From an uncultured Planctomycetaceae bacterium (GTDB lineage Bacteria; Planctomycetota; Planctomycetia; Isosphaerales; Isosphaeraceae), in the NCBI GenBank assembly GCA_963833985.1, contig CAWIAD010000001.1, positions 2,144,001 to 2,208,000 of the forward strand: 64,000 bases of DNA, written 5' to 3'. This document shows, piece by piece, positions 63,460 to 64,000 of the stretch; within the stretch, counting starts at the first letter, position 1; every line of letters starts with the position of its first letter. A program made the position numbers and the translations under genes. The notes below the pieces were generated by a model. It saw only the letters and a program-made list of their open reading frames with translations. It did not search any database and was not told the DNA's origin.

Positions 63460-64000
63460 TCAGAACCGTCCCCGCAGATCGATGATGGCGTCGCCGTTCT
63501 GGGGGAGCATGTCGAAGCGGTTGTCGGGAACTTTGTTCACCGTAAGACTCTGGACATGGATCTCCTCGAGCATGACCGGCCTGTCCTTGAGATCGGGATG
63601 CGGCCTGGCGGTGAAGCTCTCTCGCCGGATGGTCATGGGCAGCCAGATCCCCGGCTCGACCTGCTTCAGGTCTGCCGTGATCCAGCGGTTATGGACCCTG
63701 CCGTCGAGTGCCATCTCGCGCTTCCGCGGCACCAGGCCGTGGTCGCGGTCAAGCCAGATCCGGTCCGTGTACTCGCCCTTGAAGAAGCCGGGCTCGATGA
63801 ACGAATTCAGGTTCCCCTTCAGGACCACGCAGGTTGCGCCGTCGACGACCTGGGTCTTCGGTTCCAGCTCGTACGAGTGGTTCTTGATCCATTCAGCGAG
63901 CTGGAAGATCGCCTGACTCTTGCGCAGGTTCGCTGCCCGCGGGGTCAGGGACGTGCAGGCCCACGGCACCAAGGTAGGAGGACACCTGGAAGAAGTTCGG
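63460..64000 (-). CDS. Hypothetical planctomycete protein, C-terminal part (possible LolA-like fold); 5' end beyond window, probable frameshift ~63930
   Basis: VDGATCVVL...RIWLDRDHGLVPRKRE...GIWLP...VNKVPDNRF pattern. Confidence 0.6.
   Translation of the reverse strand, partial: RTSSRCPPTLVPWACTSLTPRAANLRKSQAIFQLAEWIKNHSYELEPKTQVVDGATCVVLKGNLNSFIEPGFFKGEYTDRIWLDRDHGLVPRKREMALDGRVHNRWITADLKQVEPGIWLPMTIRRESFTARPHPDLKDRPVMLEEIHVQSLTVNKVPDNRFDMLPQNGDAIIDLRGRF

Overview
High-GC bacterial chromosomal segment that is almost certainly Planctomycetota, probably Isosphaeraceae-like. The taxonomic call is inferred from the LEERLLL export motif, the ECF/vWA anti-sigma pair, DUF4912 and gene order. The content is mostly housekeeping: a partial giant DUF11/beta-helix surface protein; a complete A2-type aa3 cytochrome c oxidase operon (diheme cyt c, coxB, coxA, ctaA, ctaB, coxC, coxD, SCO-DUF420); a full F1Fo ATP synthase operon; 6S RNA-ygfA; hemW; recO-bamD-lptE-folP-proA; an ECF sigma plus vWA anti-sigma; purA-uppS-cdsA; and phoH-HD-ybeY-corC. 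About 11 apparent frameshifts, mostly in homopolymer or CG runs and including essential uppS, look like long-read assembly errors rather than pseudogenes. The top finding is a secreted FG-GAP/VCBS beta-propeller gene (62182-63420) interrupted by a single in-frame TGA in a G-U-C context and immediately followed by a bacterial SECIS-like hairpin, i.e. a candidate unannotated selenoprotein with a vicinal Sec-Cys pair. Other notable findings are a ribosomal L7/L12-CTD-like domain inserted in cytochrome oxidase subunit III, a two-gene oxalate-to-glyoxylate module (PanE2-like reductase plus AAE3/Pcs60-like ligase), a probable intergenic sRNA next to the atp promoter, and ATP synthase c and b subunits with signal-peptide-like extensions. 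No mobile elements, tRNA, rRNA or CRISPR arrays were seen.
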